NCBI GenBank assembly: GCA_964644355.1
Contig: CAZXUW010000003.1
Coordinates: 50,066-114,065, forward strand
From: an uncultured Bacteroides sp.
GTDB taxonomy: Bacteria; Bacillota; Clostridia; Christensenellales; CAG-917
DNA length: 64,000 bases
Direction of reading: 5' to 3'
The notes below the pieces were generated by a model. That model made no database searches and was not told the DNA's origin. It saw nothing but the letters and a program-made list of their open reading frames with translations. Below, piece after piece: positions 1 through 8,816 of the stretch. The first letter of the stretch is position 1. The number at the start of each line of letters is the position of its first letter. The position numbers and the translations under genes were made by a program.

Positions 1-697
1 CTTTTGCACCGTACATTATTTTGCTGAAGTGCACGTGCATATTCTTGGTTTTATGCTCGCCAAGCCCATCGAAAAGCGTGTCAATTATACGTTGAAAATC
101 GTCGGCAGTCTTTAATGCACCGCCCCACAAACTGTTTACGTGTCCAAAATCTACGCAAGGATAAACGTTGGGTGCAAGTTTGCAAAGCTGTACAACTTCA
201 TCTACCGTTCCAATTTGAGCCTGCTTCCCCATTGTTTCCGGACAAACGATAAGATCGTCATCTCCGTTTGCTTTTATGACGTCCAAAGCACGAGCAAAAT
301 TATCCAAAGTGCGAGCAAATGCTTCATTTCTGGGTTGTTTGCCTTCCGCGCCCGGATGAAATACGCATCTTGATCCGTGAAAGTTTCTCAATGCCGTAAG
401 TGAACTTGTAAGATAGCCGATTGAGTTGTCCGCTTTTTCTTGCTCAACAGATGCAAAATTGATGAAATATGGGGCGTGAACGCTGATTTCAATGCCGTAT
501 TTGTCCGCTTCATCCCCTATTGCGTTTGCGGTTTCTTTGGTAATACGCACTCCTCTGCCAAAGGAATATTCAAAAAGCGTCAGACCTTTATTGCTGAGCC
601 AAGAAGGCATTTGAATTGTTGCACTGTTGCCGTCTTGAACAAATTGCTCATCATGTCCTGACGGACCAAAAGTTGCTATATCATAAAAATTTGACAT
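1..697 (-). CDS. AP-endonuclease family 2 / endonuclease IV-like TIM-barrel protein; the N-terminal 232 aa are in the window and the gene runs off the left edge
   Basis: My own translation of the minus strand from ATG 695-697, with a GAGGTGG RBS just upstream: MSNFYDIATFGPSG..VHAPYFINFAS..VFHPGAEG..CPETMGK..VDFGHV. The HAPY/HPG/ETMG/DFGH pattern resembles Nfo-type metal ligands. It is absent from the ORF track because there is no stop codon inside the window. Confidence 0.5.
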   Translation of the reverse strand, partial: MSNFYDIATFGPSGHDEQFVQDGNSATIQMPSWLSNKGLTLFEYSFGRGVRITKETANAIGDEADKYGIEISVHAPYFINFASVEQEKADNSIGYLTSSLTALRNFHGSRCVFHPGAEGKQPRNEAFARTLDNFARALDVIKANGDDDLIVCPETMGKQAQIGTVDEVVQLCKLAPNVYPCVDFGHVNSLWGGALKTADDFQRIIDTLFDGLGEHKTKNMHVHFSKIMYGAK

Positions 698-707
698 TCT
701 AACCACC

Positions 708-1625
708 TCAATTCTTGTCATCTGCAAGAATTTCTCTTGCGTGTTGTTCGTCTTTTTCAAGCTGTTGCTTCAGTTGCTCTACGCTATCAAATTGAACAAT
801 ATCTCTCATTTTTTTGATGAAAATCACTTTAATCTCTTTGTCATATACGTCTTTTGAAAAATCAAAGATATACGATTCGATGGATATTGAATTGTCGCAA
901 AACGTTGGCTTGGCTCCGACGTTTGTCATTGACATATACTTTTTTTTGTCGATAATACAATAGGTTGCATATATGCCGTTTGCAAGCGGTAGTCTATCCG
1001 GATTTGGCTTGATGTTTGCTGTGGGAAATCCAATATTTGTGCCGTCGTGACGCTCGTGTAAGATCTTGCCTTTGACAAAATATGGCGAAGAAAGATATTG
1101 GTTGAGTTGGTCAACTTCACCGCTCTTTACAAGCATTTTTAAGTTTCTGGTGGACAATTTTTCACCGCAAGCCATTTCATATGGCAATATTGTCAACAAA
1201 ATATCATTCTCCTTGCAAAAGTCTGCAAGATAGTTTGCATCTCCACTTGCACCATCACCAAAGGTGTAATCGGCACCGATAAATATCGCTTTGACATTGA
1301 ATCTTGATGTGAGTGCATGCAAAAAGTCGTACGGTGACAACGTGGCGAAAGCTTTGTTAAACTCAGCAGAAATGACAAAATCCATACCGATTGCTTTCAG
1401 CACGGAAATTCTATCATCAAATGTGTAAATTTGCTTATCCTTGCTGAAAAACAAGTTTGGATCATTGCAAAAAGTCAATATCGCACTGCAAATTGAATTC
1501 TTTAGTGCATAGTCAATCGTGGAGCGAACAAGAGCTTCATGCCCTTTGTGTATGCAGTCAAAAAAGCCTAATGCAAGTGCAATAGGACGGTTGCAACTAT
1601 CATTGAAATCAACAACTTCAAACAT
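708..1625 (-). CDS. ribF: bifunctional riboflavin kinase / FMN adenylyltransferase
   Basis: 305-aa ORF. It has the N-terminal nucleotidyltransferase motif GFFDCIHKGH and the C-terminal riboflavin-kinase motif GFPTANI. It lies directly downstream of truB, as in Firmicute nusA-infB operons. Confidence 0.9.
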   Translation of the reverse strand: MFEVVDFNDSCNRPIALALGFFDCIHKGHEALVRSTIDYALKNSICSAILTFCNDPNLFFSKDKQIYTFDDRISVLKAIGMDFVISAEFNKAFATLSPYDFLHALTSRFNVKAIFIGADYTFGDGASGDANYLADFCKENDILLTILPYEMACGEKLSTRNLKMLVKSGEVDQLNQYLSSPYFVKGKILHERHDGTNIGFPTANIKPNPDRLPLANGIYATYCIIDKKKYMSMTNVGAKPTFCDNSISIESYIFDFSKDVYDKEIKVIFIKKMRDIVQFDSVEQLKQQLEKDEQHAREILADDKN

Positions 1626-1631
1626 ATCTTT

Positions 1632-2525
1632 TTACAACCTCACTTTGACTTTTAAGCATCCGTTTACATTTTGAGCTATGCCGAAAATCTCTTGGTGCAT
1701 ATACACAAGAAAATTGCCCTCGGGAAGATTGTCCATTGGCATCACAACGCCGTTTTGAACCTTGCTTGCATACTCGTCATCAATGTCGAAACGAGCAAAG
1801 GAATTTAATATACAATCAAAAGATTTCAAATATCTAAGCGGATCTTTTTCAAATTCATCAAGAGGAACACTATCGTCCAATGTAAAATCTCCACTCTTTA
1901 TACGCAAAATCGAGCTCATATAACCGACCGTTGAAAGCTTATATGCAAGGTCACGAGCAATCGAGCGAATATACGTCCCGGACGTACATGCAATCTCAAA
2001 CGCATACTCGTTTGGGGCAAGATTGTATGCAACGTTATTTTCGTCCGTATCAACACTTTTTATATAAAAAATATGTACACGCTTTGGTTTCAATTCAACT
2101 TCGATGCCTTGACGTGCCAAGTCGTACGCTCGCACTCCGCCAACAGATTTTGCTGAATATTGAGGCGGAATTTGATCGATATCACCACACAACTCGTCAA
2201 GGACGCTTTGAATCTGCTCAAAAGACGGCAAAATAACCGAACTTTCAATAACTTTCCCTGCGGAATCAAGCGTATCTGTCGTCTTGCCAAAGACGAATGT
2301 CGCACGATATACTTTGATTTTTTCCTGCATATAATCAAAAAGTCTTGTCGCACTTCCCACCGCAATTGGCAAAACACCTCTGCCAAGCGGATCGAGCGTG
2401 CCCAGATGCCCCACCTTAAGCTTCTGCCCGGTTGCTCTACGCAATATTCCACGCACTTTGACAACGACGTCGCTTGACGTCATGCCTGATGGTTTATTGA
2501 TGTTGACAAAACCTTTTATATCCAT
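1632..2525 (-). CDS. truB: tRNA pseudouridine(55) synthase
   Basis: 297-aa ORF with the catalytic-Asp motif GHLGTLDPLGRGVLP, in the conserved operon position. Confidence 0.95.
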   Translation of the reverse strand: MDIKGFVNINKPSGMTSSDVVVKVRGILRRATGQKLKVGHLGTLDPLGRGVLPIAVGSATRLFDYMQEKIKVYRATFVFGKTTDTLDSAGKVIESSVILPSFEQIQSVLDELCGDIDQIPPQYSAKSVGGVRAYDLARQGIEVELKPKRVHIFYIKSVDTDENNVAYNLAPNEYAFEIACTSGTYIRSIARDLAYKLSTVGYMSSILRIKSGDFTLDDSVPLDEFEKDPLRYLKSFDCILNSFARFDIDDEYASKVQNGVVMPMDNLPEGNFLVYMHQEIFGIAQNVNGCLKVKVRL

Positions 2526-2527
2526 TG

Positions 2528-3481
2528 TTAAATTCTATCCGTTGCAATTTTGACAAGTCTTTCAACTATGTCCTCGTAAAAGCCGTTTACACGGCATCCG
2601 GAAGCATTTTTGTGACCGCCACCGCCAAATATCGACGCCATTTCAGAAGCATCGACATCACCTTTTGTGCGGATACTCAGCTTGTAGTTGCGTTCTCTAA
2701 CTTGCGAAAGTGCAAAAGCAACCTTTACCGTGTCAATGTCAATAATCTCATTGATAATCCCCTCGGAATCGGAGTTTGAGGCATTGGTTGCCTCATAATC
2801 GGTCAAATCAAAGGTGATTATAGCAATACTTCCGTCCGCAAAGAACTTGGTTTTTGACAAAACACGATTTTTCAAATTGAATTTTTCAATTGATGTACTT
2901 TTGTAAACATTGTAAATTGCCGTTGATGAATCGAACTCATACGATAGCAAGTCGCAAACAATTTCATGCGTACGTTTTGTCACGTTCGGGAAGGAAAAAC
3001 ATGCACCGTCGGTGACAATACCGCAAAATAGCAATTCCGCCACGGTTTTGTCAAGCAACTTCATGTGCTTTATGAGCGCATAGACGACTTCTGCACACGA
3101 GCAAGTTGTTGTGTCGACAAGGCATAGCGGTGCAAAACGTGAAAACGTTTTGTGATGGTCGATTGCAATCTGCGATTTGCAGGACAAAAAGGACTTCATG
3201 CACTTACCGAGTCTATCAAGCTCACTGCAATCAACGCATATTGCAAGCTCATGCGTACGTTTTTCGGGGAAAGTGATGACGTCACTGCCCGCCATACAAA
3301 AATACTTCTGTGGTATGGGCGTATCGCAATAGCAACAAACGTCCTTACCTTTTGATTTCAGTGCAAAAAAAAGTGCAAGCATACTGCCTATTGCATCACC
3401 ATCGGGATTGGTGTGGCAATAGATTGCAATATCACTTGCGTGATTTATTTTTTTTGTGATTTCGCTAATCAACTCCGACAT
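2528..3481 (-). CDS. nrnA: DHH/DHHA1 phosphoesterase (oligoribonuclease / pAp phosphatase NrnA type)
   Basis: Motifs HTNPDGDAIGS (DHH) and GGGGHKNASG (DHHA1). The ORF track starts at 3553, inside rbfA. I prefer ATG 3481 (MSELISEI..), immediately after the rbfA stop. Confidence 0.85.
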   Translation of the reverse strand: MSELISEITKKINHASDIAIYCHTNPDGDAIGSMLALFFALKSKGKDVCCYCDTPIPQKYFCMAGSDVITFPEKRTHELAICVDCSELDRLGKCMKSFLSCKSQIAIDHHKTFSRFAPLCLVDTTTCSCAEVVYALIKHMKLLDKTVAELLFCGIVTDGACFSFPNVTKRTHEIVCDLLSYEFDSSTAIYNVYKSTSIEKFNLKNRVLSKTKFFADGSIAIITFDLTDYEATNASNSDSEGIINEIIDIDTVKVAFALSQVRERNYKLSIRTKGDVDASEMASIFGGGGHKNASGCRVNGFYEDIVERLVKIATDRI

Positions 3482-3485
3482 ATCC

Positions 3486-3869
3486 TTACTCTTTATCATC
3501 GTCATTAGGCTTGTTTTTGTTTTGCTCTTTGATTTGATTGAGTATGTTGTCAATCTTTATGGAATAATCAACGCTGTCGTCAATGAGGAAATTAAGCTCC
3601 GGCAAGAGCCTAATTTGCACGGTGTCCTTGAGCATGTTGCGAATGAAGGAGCGAGAGCGACAAATTGTGTAATATGCCTCCTGTCTCGCTTCCTCATTTT
3701 CTGCATAAATGGACAAATACACCTTTGCATATTTGAGATCAGGTGTCGTATAGAGCTTGGTTACGCCGACAATCGCATTATGCAATCTTGGATCTTTGAT
3801 ATCCTCGCTGATAATTTTGGTTATCTGCTTGGCAAGCTCCGAATTGACACGTTCCATTTTAATCTTCAT
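3486..3869 (-). CDS. rbfA: ribosome-binding factor A
   Basis: 127-aa ORF directly after infB. A GGAGAA RBS sits inside the infB 3' end. The size and position are typical of RbfA. Confidence 0.9.
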   Translation of the reverse strand: MKIKMERVNSELAKQITKIISEDIKDPRLHNAIVGVTKLYTTPDLKYAKVYLSIYAENEEARQEAYYTICRSRSFIRNMLKDTVQIRLLPELNFLIDDSVDYSIKIDNILNQIKEQNKNKPNDDDKE

Positions 3870-6546
3870 CGGTTTTCTCCATTACAAACGCTTCGATAAC
3901 GTCACCGACTTTGACGTCTTGATAATTTGAAAGCATTATACCGCAATCAAAATTCTTTGCCATTTCTTTGACGTCGTCCTTGCCATGGCGAAGGGATGCG
4001 ATCTCACCGGTGTATTCAACCTTATCGTTGCGGATAAGTCTTGCTTGAGCACCTCTAACCACCTTGCCGTCGATGACGTGGCAACCTGCAATTGTGCCAA
4101 CACCGCTGATCTTGAAGAGTTCACGCACTTCGGCTGAGCCGAGAACGACCTCTTTGAATTTGGGATCAAGCATACCTTTGACTGCTTTTTCGATATCCTC
4201 GATTGCAGAATAAATGACGTTGTAGAAACGAATGTCGATTTTCTTTTGTTGTGCAAGAAGTTTTGCATTGTTGTCAGGTCTAACGTTGAAGCCGATGATG
4301 ATTGCGCTTGACGTTTCAGCAAGCAAAACGTCACTCTCTTTGATGCCACCCACTGCCGAGTGAATGATATCGATGCCAACTTCGTCATTGCCGAGTTTTG
4401 CAAGAGATTGTTTGACTGCTTCAACAGAGCCTTGAACGTCCGCTTTGATGATGAGTTTGACTGATTTAAGCTCACCTTTTGAAATCTTGTCAAACAAATC
4501 TGCAAGAGATACGGATGTGCTTTCGCCACTGTTTTGAGCAAGCTTAAGTTTACGCTCCTCTGCAAGCTCTCTTGCAAACTTCTCATCTGCAACAACGTCT
4601 GTTCTATCGCCTGCCTCCGGAATTTCATCCCAACCGGTGACGGAAACAGGTGTTGACGGACCTGCCTTTTTGACTTTTCTGCCCTTGTCGTCTATCATTG
4701 CACGAATCTTGCCTGTGCAAGTGCCTGCAACAACGTTGTCGCCAACGTGCAAGGTGCCTGTTTGGACAAGAATTGTTGCGATCTTACCAAGACCTTTGTC
4801 AAGTTTTGCCTCGATGATGGTACCACGAGCACTTCTGTTTGGATTTGCACGAAGCTCCTCAACTTCGGCACGGACAAGAATTTGCTCAAGCAAATCTTCA
4901 ACACCCATACCTGTCTTTGCTGAAACACGCACGACAGGAGTGTCACCGCCCCAATCTTCCGGAGTCAAGCCGTTTTCGGCAAGTTGAGAGAGAACTCTGT
5001 CCGGATTTGCACCGACTCTGTCCATCTTGTTGAGTGCAACGATGACGGGAACGTTTGCTTGCTTTGCGTGTGAAATAGATTCGAGCGTTTGAGGCATAAC
5101 ACCGTCGTCCGCTGCGACAACCAATACAGCAATGTCCGTGACTTGTGCACCTCTTGCACGCATGGACGTGAATGCTTCGTGTCCCGGTGTATCGAGGAAA
5201 GTGATAGGACTGCCCTTGAGTGAAACAGTGTAAGCACCGATGTGTTGCGTGATTCCGCCTGCTTCACCGCCTGTGACGTTGGACTTCCTGATATAGTCGA
5301 GCAATGACGTTTTGCCGTGGTCGACGTGTCCCATGATTGTGACAACAGGAGGACGTGGAACGAGGTTTTCAAGCTCTTCAACATCGTCAACCTCAAGTTG
5401 AGCAGTGAGAGTATCCTCAAACGTGACGTCGGGTTTGTACTCCAATGTGATGCCAAATTCACCTGCGACAAGCTCTGCGCTTGTGAAGTCGATGCTGTCG
5501 TTGATGGTTTTCATGATGCCGAGCACAAACAGCGTGCTGACGATTTGACCAGCAGTTTTGCCGATCTTTTCGCTGAGTGTCTTGATGGACACAGGATCGG
5601 TTGTGATAACTGCATGTTCGATAACGATTGCAGAGCTGTTGGAACCGCCACGATTTTTGTTGCTCTTGTAGGTGTTGTAGCTACGCTCCAAAAGTTCGCC
5701 ATTCTCATCAAGTGCAATGTAGCCGTCGTTGCCACCTTTGTTTCTCATGCCACGTTTGCCGGAGGACGTACGATCGTCAAACTTGTTATTTGAACCGTTG
5801 GAATTTTGCTTACCGTTATTCTTTCCCTTTTGATTTTGCTGTTTTGATGGCGGAAATTGTTGGGATGCAACGGCAGAAAAGTCAGTCATGCCACCTTGTT
5901 TTCTGGGCCCGTTTTGAGAATTCTGTCCCTGTTGTCTTTGTTGATTGCCACCTTGACCGCCTTGCGGTTTTGGTCCCTTGGGACTTTGATATCCGCCTTG
6001 TTCAAAGACTCTGGTCTTGATTTTTTTATCACCCTTTGGCGTTGCGGTTGGAACGTATATACGTCTCACCTCACCGTTTGGCAAAACTTCAGAAGTGACT
6101 TGAACGTTGCCGTTGATCACAGGTTGTTGCTTAACTTCGGCTTTTGGAGCTTCAGTCTTTTTGGCAACCTTCACTTCCTCCTGTTTGACTTCTTTGACAA
6201 CTTCTTGTTTCGGCTCAACCTTTTCTTCAACCTTTGGCTCAACTTTTGTTTGAGCGGTTGTCAAAACAACCTCCTCTTTGCGAGGGGCTTGTTTTTCAAC
6301 AGGTTTTTCAATCACCGGTTCGGCTTTCTTGCTATCTTCGGCAATTTGAGCTTCAACACGCTTGGCTTCCTCCGCCTTTGCAGTCAACTCGTCACGCTTT
6401 GCCTTGATTGATGCCATAAGAGCGTTTGCTCTTGACTTCTCTTTGGAAATGCTTTCAGAAAGCTCGGCAAGTTTGGTCTGCTTATATTCGCCAAGTAGTT
6501 TTACAGAATCAACGTTTGCTTCTTTTTTAGTTTCAGGCATATTCAC
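3859..6546 (-). CDS. infB: translation initiation factor IF-2
   Basis: 895-aa ORF. GTPase motifs [14 protein letters not shown] and NKMD are present. The N-terminal region is low-complexity and rich in K/E/Q/G. Confidence 0.97.
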   Translation of the reverse strand: MNMPETKKEANVDSVKLLGEYKQTKLAELSESISKEKSRANALMASIKAKRDELTAKAEEAKRVEAQIAEDSKKAEPVIEKPVEKQAPRKEEVVLTTAQTKVEPKVEEKVEPKQEVVKEVKQEEVKVAKKTEAPKAEVKQQPVINGNVQVTSEVLPNGEVRRIYVPTATPKGDKKIKTRVFEQGGYQSPKGPKPQGGQGGNQQRQQGQNSQNGPRKQGGMTDFSAVASQQFPPSKQQNQKGKNNGKQNSNGSNNKFDDRTSSGKRGMRNKGGNDGYIALDENGELLERSYNTYKSNKNRGGSNSSAIVIEHAVITTDPVSIKTLSEKIGKTAGQIVSTLFVLGIMKTINDSIDFTSAELVAGEFGITLEYKPDVTFEDTLTAQLEVDDVEELENLVPRPPVVTIMGHVDHGKTSLLDYIRKSNVTGGEAGGITQHIGAYTVSLKGSPITFLDTPGHEAFTSMRARGAQVTDIAVLVVAADDGVMPQTLESISHAKQANVPVIVALNKMDRVGANPDRVLSQLAENGLTPEDWGGDTPVVRVSAKTGMGVEDLLEQILVRAEVEELRANPNRSARGTIIEAKLDKGLGKIATILVQTGTLHVGDNVVAGTCTGKIRAMIDDKGRKVKKAGPSTPVSVTGWDEIPEAGDRTDVVADEKFARELAEERKLKLAQNSGESTSVSLADLFDKISKGELKSVKLIIKADVQGSVEAVKQSLAKLGNDEVGIDIIHSAVGGIKESDVLLAETSSAIIIGFNVRPDNNAKLLAQQKKIDIRFYNVIYSAIEDIEKAVKGMLDPKFKEVVLGSAEVRELFKISGVGTIAGCHVIDGKVVRGAQARLIRNDKVEYTGEIASLRHGKDDVKEMAKNFDCGIMLSNYQDVKVGDVIEAFVMEKTDED

Positions 6547-6824
6547 CTCAATATATTGATAATTGCATTTGCAAGATTGTCGTTTGTCACCGCAACGGCA
6601 TATACGCCTTCACGATGCAACGCCTTGCAAAGCTCCTCCACTTCAAATGTCGGGAGTATGCTAAGTTTGTTTGTCAACCTCTGCTTATATTTTTGGGGAG
6701 CATCGCAATCGATAAGCACAACTTTGGCAAGCCTCTTTTTCTCAAGGATAATATCCTCTCCATAGAGTATTGCTCCACTGCGCTGGGCAAGACCTATATA
6801 TGATTTAATCTTGTCGCAATTCAT
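6543..6824 (-). CDS. ylxQ: L7Ae-family RNA-binding protein YlxQ
   Basis: About 93 aa, between ylxR and infB. The start was moved to ATG 6824 (MNCDKIKSYIGLAQRSG..), which matches the YlxQ N-terminus. Confidence 0.8.
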   Translation of the reverse strand: MNCDKIKSYIGLAQRSGAILYGEDIILEKKRLAKVVLIDCDAPQKYKQRLTNKLSILPTFEVEELCKALHREGVYAVAVTNDNLANAIINILR

Positions 6825-7065
6825 CGATCTCTCCGTATATCTCATCTCCCACGTTGCATTTGAATGCGGGATTAAGCATCTTTTTCTTTATAAGCGTGGC
6901 TATACATTCACCCGATGAGTGCACCCATACACCTCTGCCGTCAGCCTTTTGTGAGCGGTCAAAGCACACTTTGCCGTCGGCATTTTTCACAAATCTAATC
7001 AACTGCGACTTGTCGCAATGCTCACGGCATACAATGCATCTTCTGGTGTTTTTCGGATTGGACAT
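6805..7065 (-). CDS. ylxR: YlxR/RnpM family (DUF448) RNA-binding protein
   Basis: 86-aa ORF with RRCIVCRE..GRGVW motifs, immediately downstream of nusA. Confidence 0.85.
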   Translation of the reverse strand: MSNPKNTRRCIVCREHCDKSQLIRFVKNADGKVCFDRSQKADGRGVWVHSSGECIATLIKKKMLNPAFKCNVGDEIYGEIDELRQD

Positions 7066-8129
7066 TATTCACCCACGTTTTCGTCAAGCTCAACTTTGGA
7101 ATATGGCTTGACGTCTATCTTCCAACCTGTAAGTTTTGCTGCAAGACGAGCGTTTTGACCATTTCTGCCAATTGCCAATGAAAGCTTTTCGTCCGGCACA
7201 ACCACTCTTGCGTGCTTGTCCTCTTCATTGATGGACACCATAAGCACTTGTGCAGGATTGAGCGCACGTGCGATATACTCGATAGGATCCTCACAGTATT
7301 CAACAACGTCAATCTTTTCTCCGCCGAGCTCTGCCACGACTGCGTTGACACGCACGCCTCTGTTGCCGATGCAAGAACCGACTGCATCGATGTTGGGATC
7401 TTCACTTGATACGGACAACTTTGTGCGGAAGCCTGCTTCACGAACGATGTTGTTGATCTTGATGAGACCTGCCTTGATTTCGGGAACTTCAAGCTCGAAA
7501 AGTCTACGGACAAAGCCTGCCGAACTTCTTGATACGATAACTTGAGCACCGTGGATACCCTCACGGATCTTTTTGACGTAAACTTTGATCACGTCGTTCA
7601 CGTTGTAGGTTTCAGTGGGAACTTGATCTTGTTGCATCATCACGCCTTCCATTTGGGTGCCGGTGATTTCAACGTATACGGTGTTGCCTTCTTTGCGTCT
7701 TACGATTGCACTCAAAATCTCACCTGTACGCTCGCTCATTTCGCCAAGCACAAGCTCCTTTTTGTAATCGTTGATGCGTTGCAAAATAACCTGCTTTGCA
7801 GTTTGTGCCGCAATTCTTGAAAAATCTTTTGGAGTAATGTCCTCGATCACGACGTCACCGACTTTGTACTTCTTGTCGATATCTTGAGCGTCGAGAAGGG
7901 AGATTTCCTTTTCATCATCCTCAACTTCTTCAACAACAAGCTTGTGTGCGTAAACTTTGTAAGTCATTTTTTCTTCGTTAAGACGCACTGAAATGGGGCT
8001 TGCAAAGCCATATTCTTTCTTGTATGCAGACACAAGACCTGCCTCAATGGATTCAATCATGGATTCTTTGGGGATGCGTTGTTCCCTCTCAAGATCCTCC
8101 AATGCCTGAAAGAACTCTCTGTTGATCAT
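7065..8129 (-). CDS. nusA: transcription termination/antitermination factor NusA
   Basis: 354-aa ORF with an N-terminal domain, an S1 domain and two KH domains (GSCIGNRGVRV, AIGRNGQNARLA). Confidence 0.97.
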   Translation of the reverse strand: MINREFFQALEDLEREQRIPKESMIESIEAGLVSAYKKEYGFASPISVRLNEEKMTYKVYAHKLVVEEVEDDEKEISLLDAQDIDKKYKVGDVVIEDITPKDFSRIAAQTAKQVILQRINDYKKELVLGEMSERTGEILSAIVRRKEGNTVYVEITGTQMEGVMMQQDQVPTETYNVNDVIKVYVKKIREGIHGAQVIVSRSSAGFVRRLFELEVPEIKAGLIKINNIVREAGFRTKLSVSSEDPNIDAVGSCIGNRGVRVNAVVAELGGEKIDVVEYCEDPIEYIARALNPAQVLMVSINEEDKHARVVVPDEKLSLAIGRNGQNARLAAKLTGWKIDVKPYSKVELDENVGE

Positions 8130-8141
8130 TTTTTTGTCCTC

Positions 8142-8621
8142 CTAAAACCTTACGTACGGTTGTACTTTGGTCAATAATTTTCTTTGTAGTTTGATTTCCC
8201 TTTGGTTGCCATCGGGTTTTATACACACGGTGGTATCGTCATAAGATATGAGATAGCCGTGATGTTTTTTCTTTTTGTCGTCAACACATTCGATCTCGCA
8301 ATCTAAAGCTCTGCGGAAATCATCATCGGTGACAATCTTTCTGTCAAGCCCTTGCGATGAGACGTTCAGCACATAATCATCGGCAAATTCATCCTCTATA
8401 CTATCCAATTTTGCCGATAGCAAATTGTGGAAAGCTTCGCAATCTTCAAGCGTGATGCCCTCCTTTTTCCATATGAGTGCCTCAACGTTGAGTTTGCCGT
8501 ATTGCTTGTAGAACTTCACCTCAACAAGCTCGGTGCCGTCGTTAAGCTCGCTTGCGGTTTGATTGGACATATCTTCAATCTCAAGTTTGAGCTTGCTTGC
8601 AATCAATTCTTCATTTGACAT
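8142..8621 (-). CDS. rimP: ribosome maturation factor RimP
   Basis: 159-aa ORF immediately upstream of nusA. The size and position are those of ylxS/rimP. Confidence 0.9.
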   Translation of the reverse strand: MSNEELIASKLKLEIEDMSNQTASELNDGTELVEVKFYKQYGKLNVEALIWKKEGITLEDCEAFHNLLSAKLDSIEDEFADDYVLNVSSQGLDRKIVTDDDFRRALDCEIECVDDKKKKHHGYLISYDDTTVCIKPDGNQREIKLQRKLLTKVQPYVRF

Positions 8622-8667
8622 ATTTTCTCCAAAAACCTCGCTTTAGAGGAAACTTTGACAATCTTGC

Positions 8668-8702
8668 TCCTCTAAAACAAAGAGTGAGCCGTCGCTCACT
8701 CT
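8668..8702 (-). terminator. intrinsic-terminator-like hairpin inside the rimP-nusA leader (candidate attenuator)
   Basis: On the minus strand: AGAGTGAGC-GACG-GCTCACTCT followed by TTTGTTTTAG. It lies 46-80 nt upstream of the rimP ATG and about 115 nt downstream of the preceding stop. A second hairpin, TTTAGAGGA..TCCTCTAAA (8642-8676), overlaps its U-tract. Confidence 0.55.
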
Positions 8703-8816
8703 AGTAAGGTTTTACTATAGTATCTAAAATATAACATATAAATTATATTCACGCAAGCAAAATGACCACAAATTCAAAAAAACTTGTATATTTGCGGATT
8801 TTGCAATTAAATTGCA

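Noticed and set aside
3936-4628. A 230-aa alternative-frame ORF within infB on the same strand
   Set aside because: It overlaps the highly conserved IF-2 C-terminal domains in another frame. The sequence is low-complexity and rich in Ser, Leu and Gln, and there is no independent start signal.
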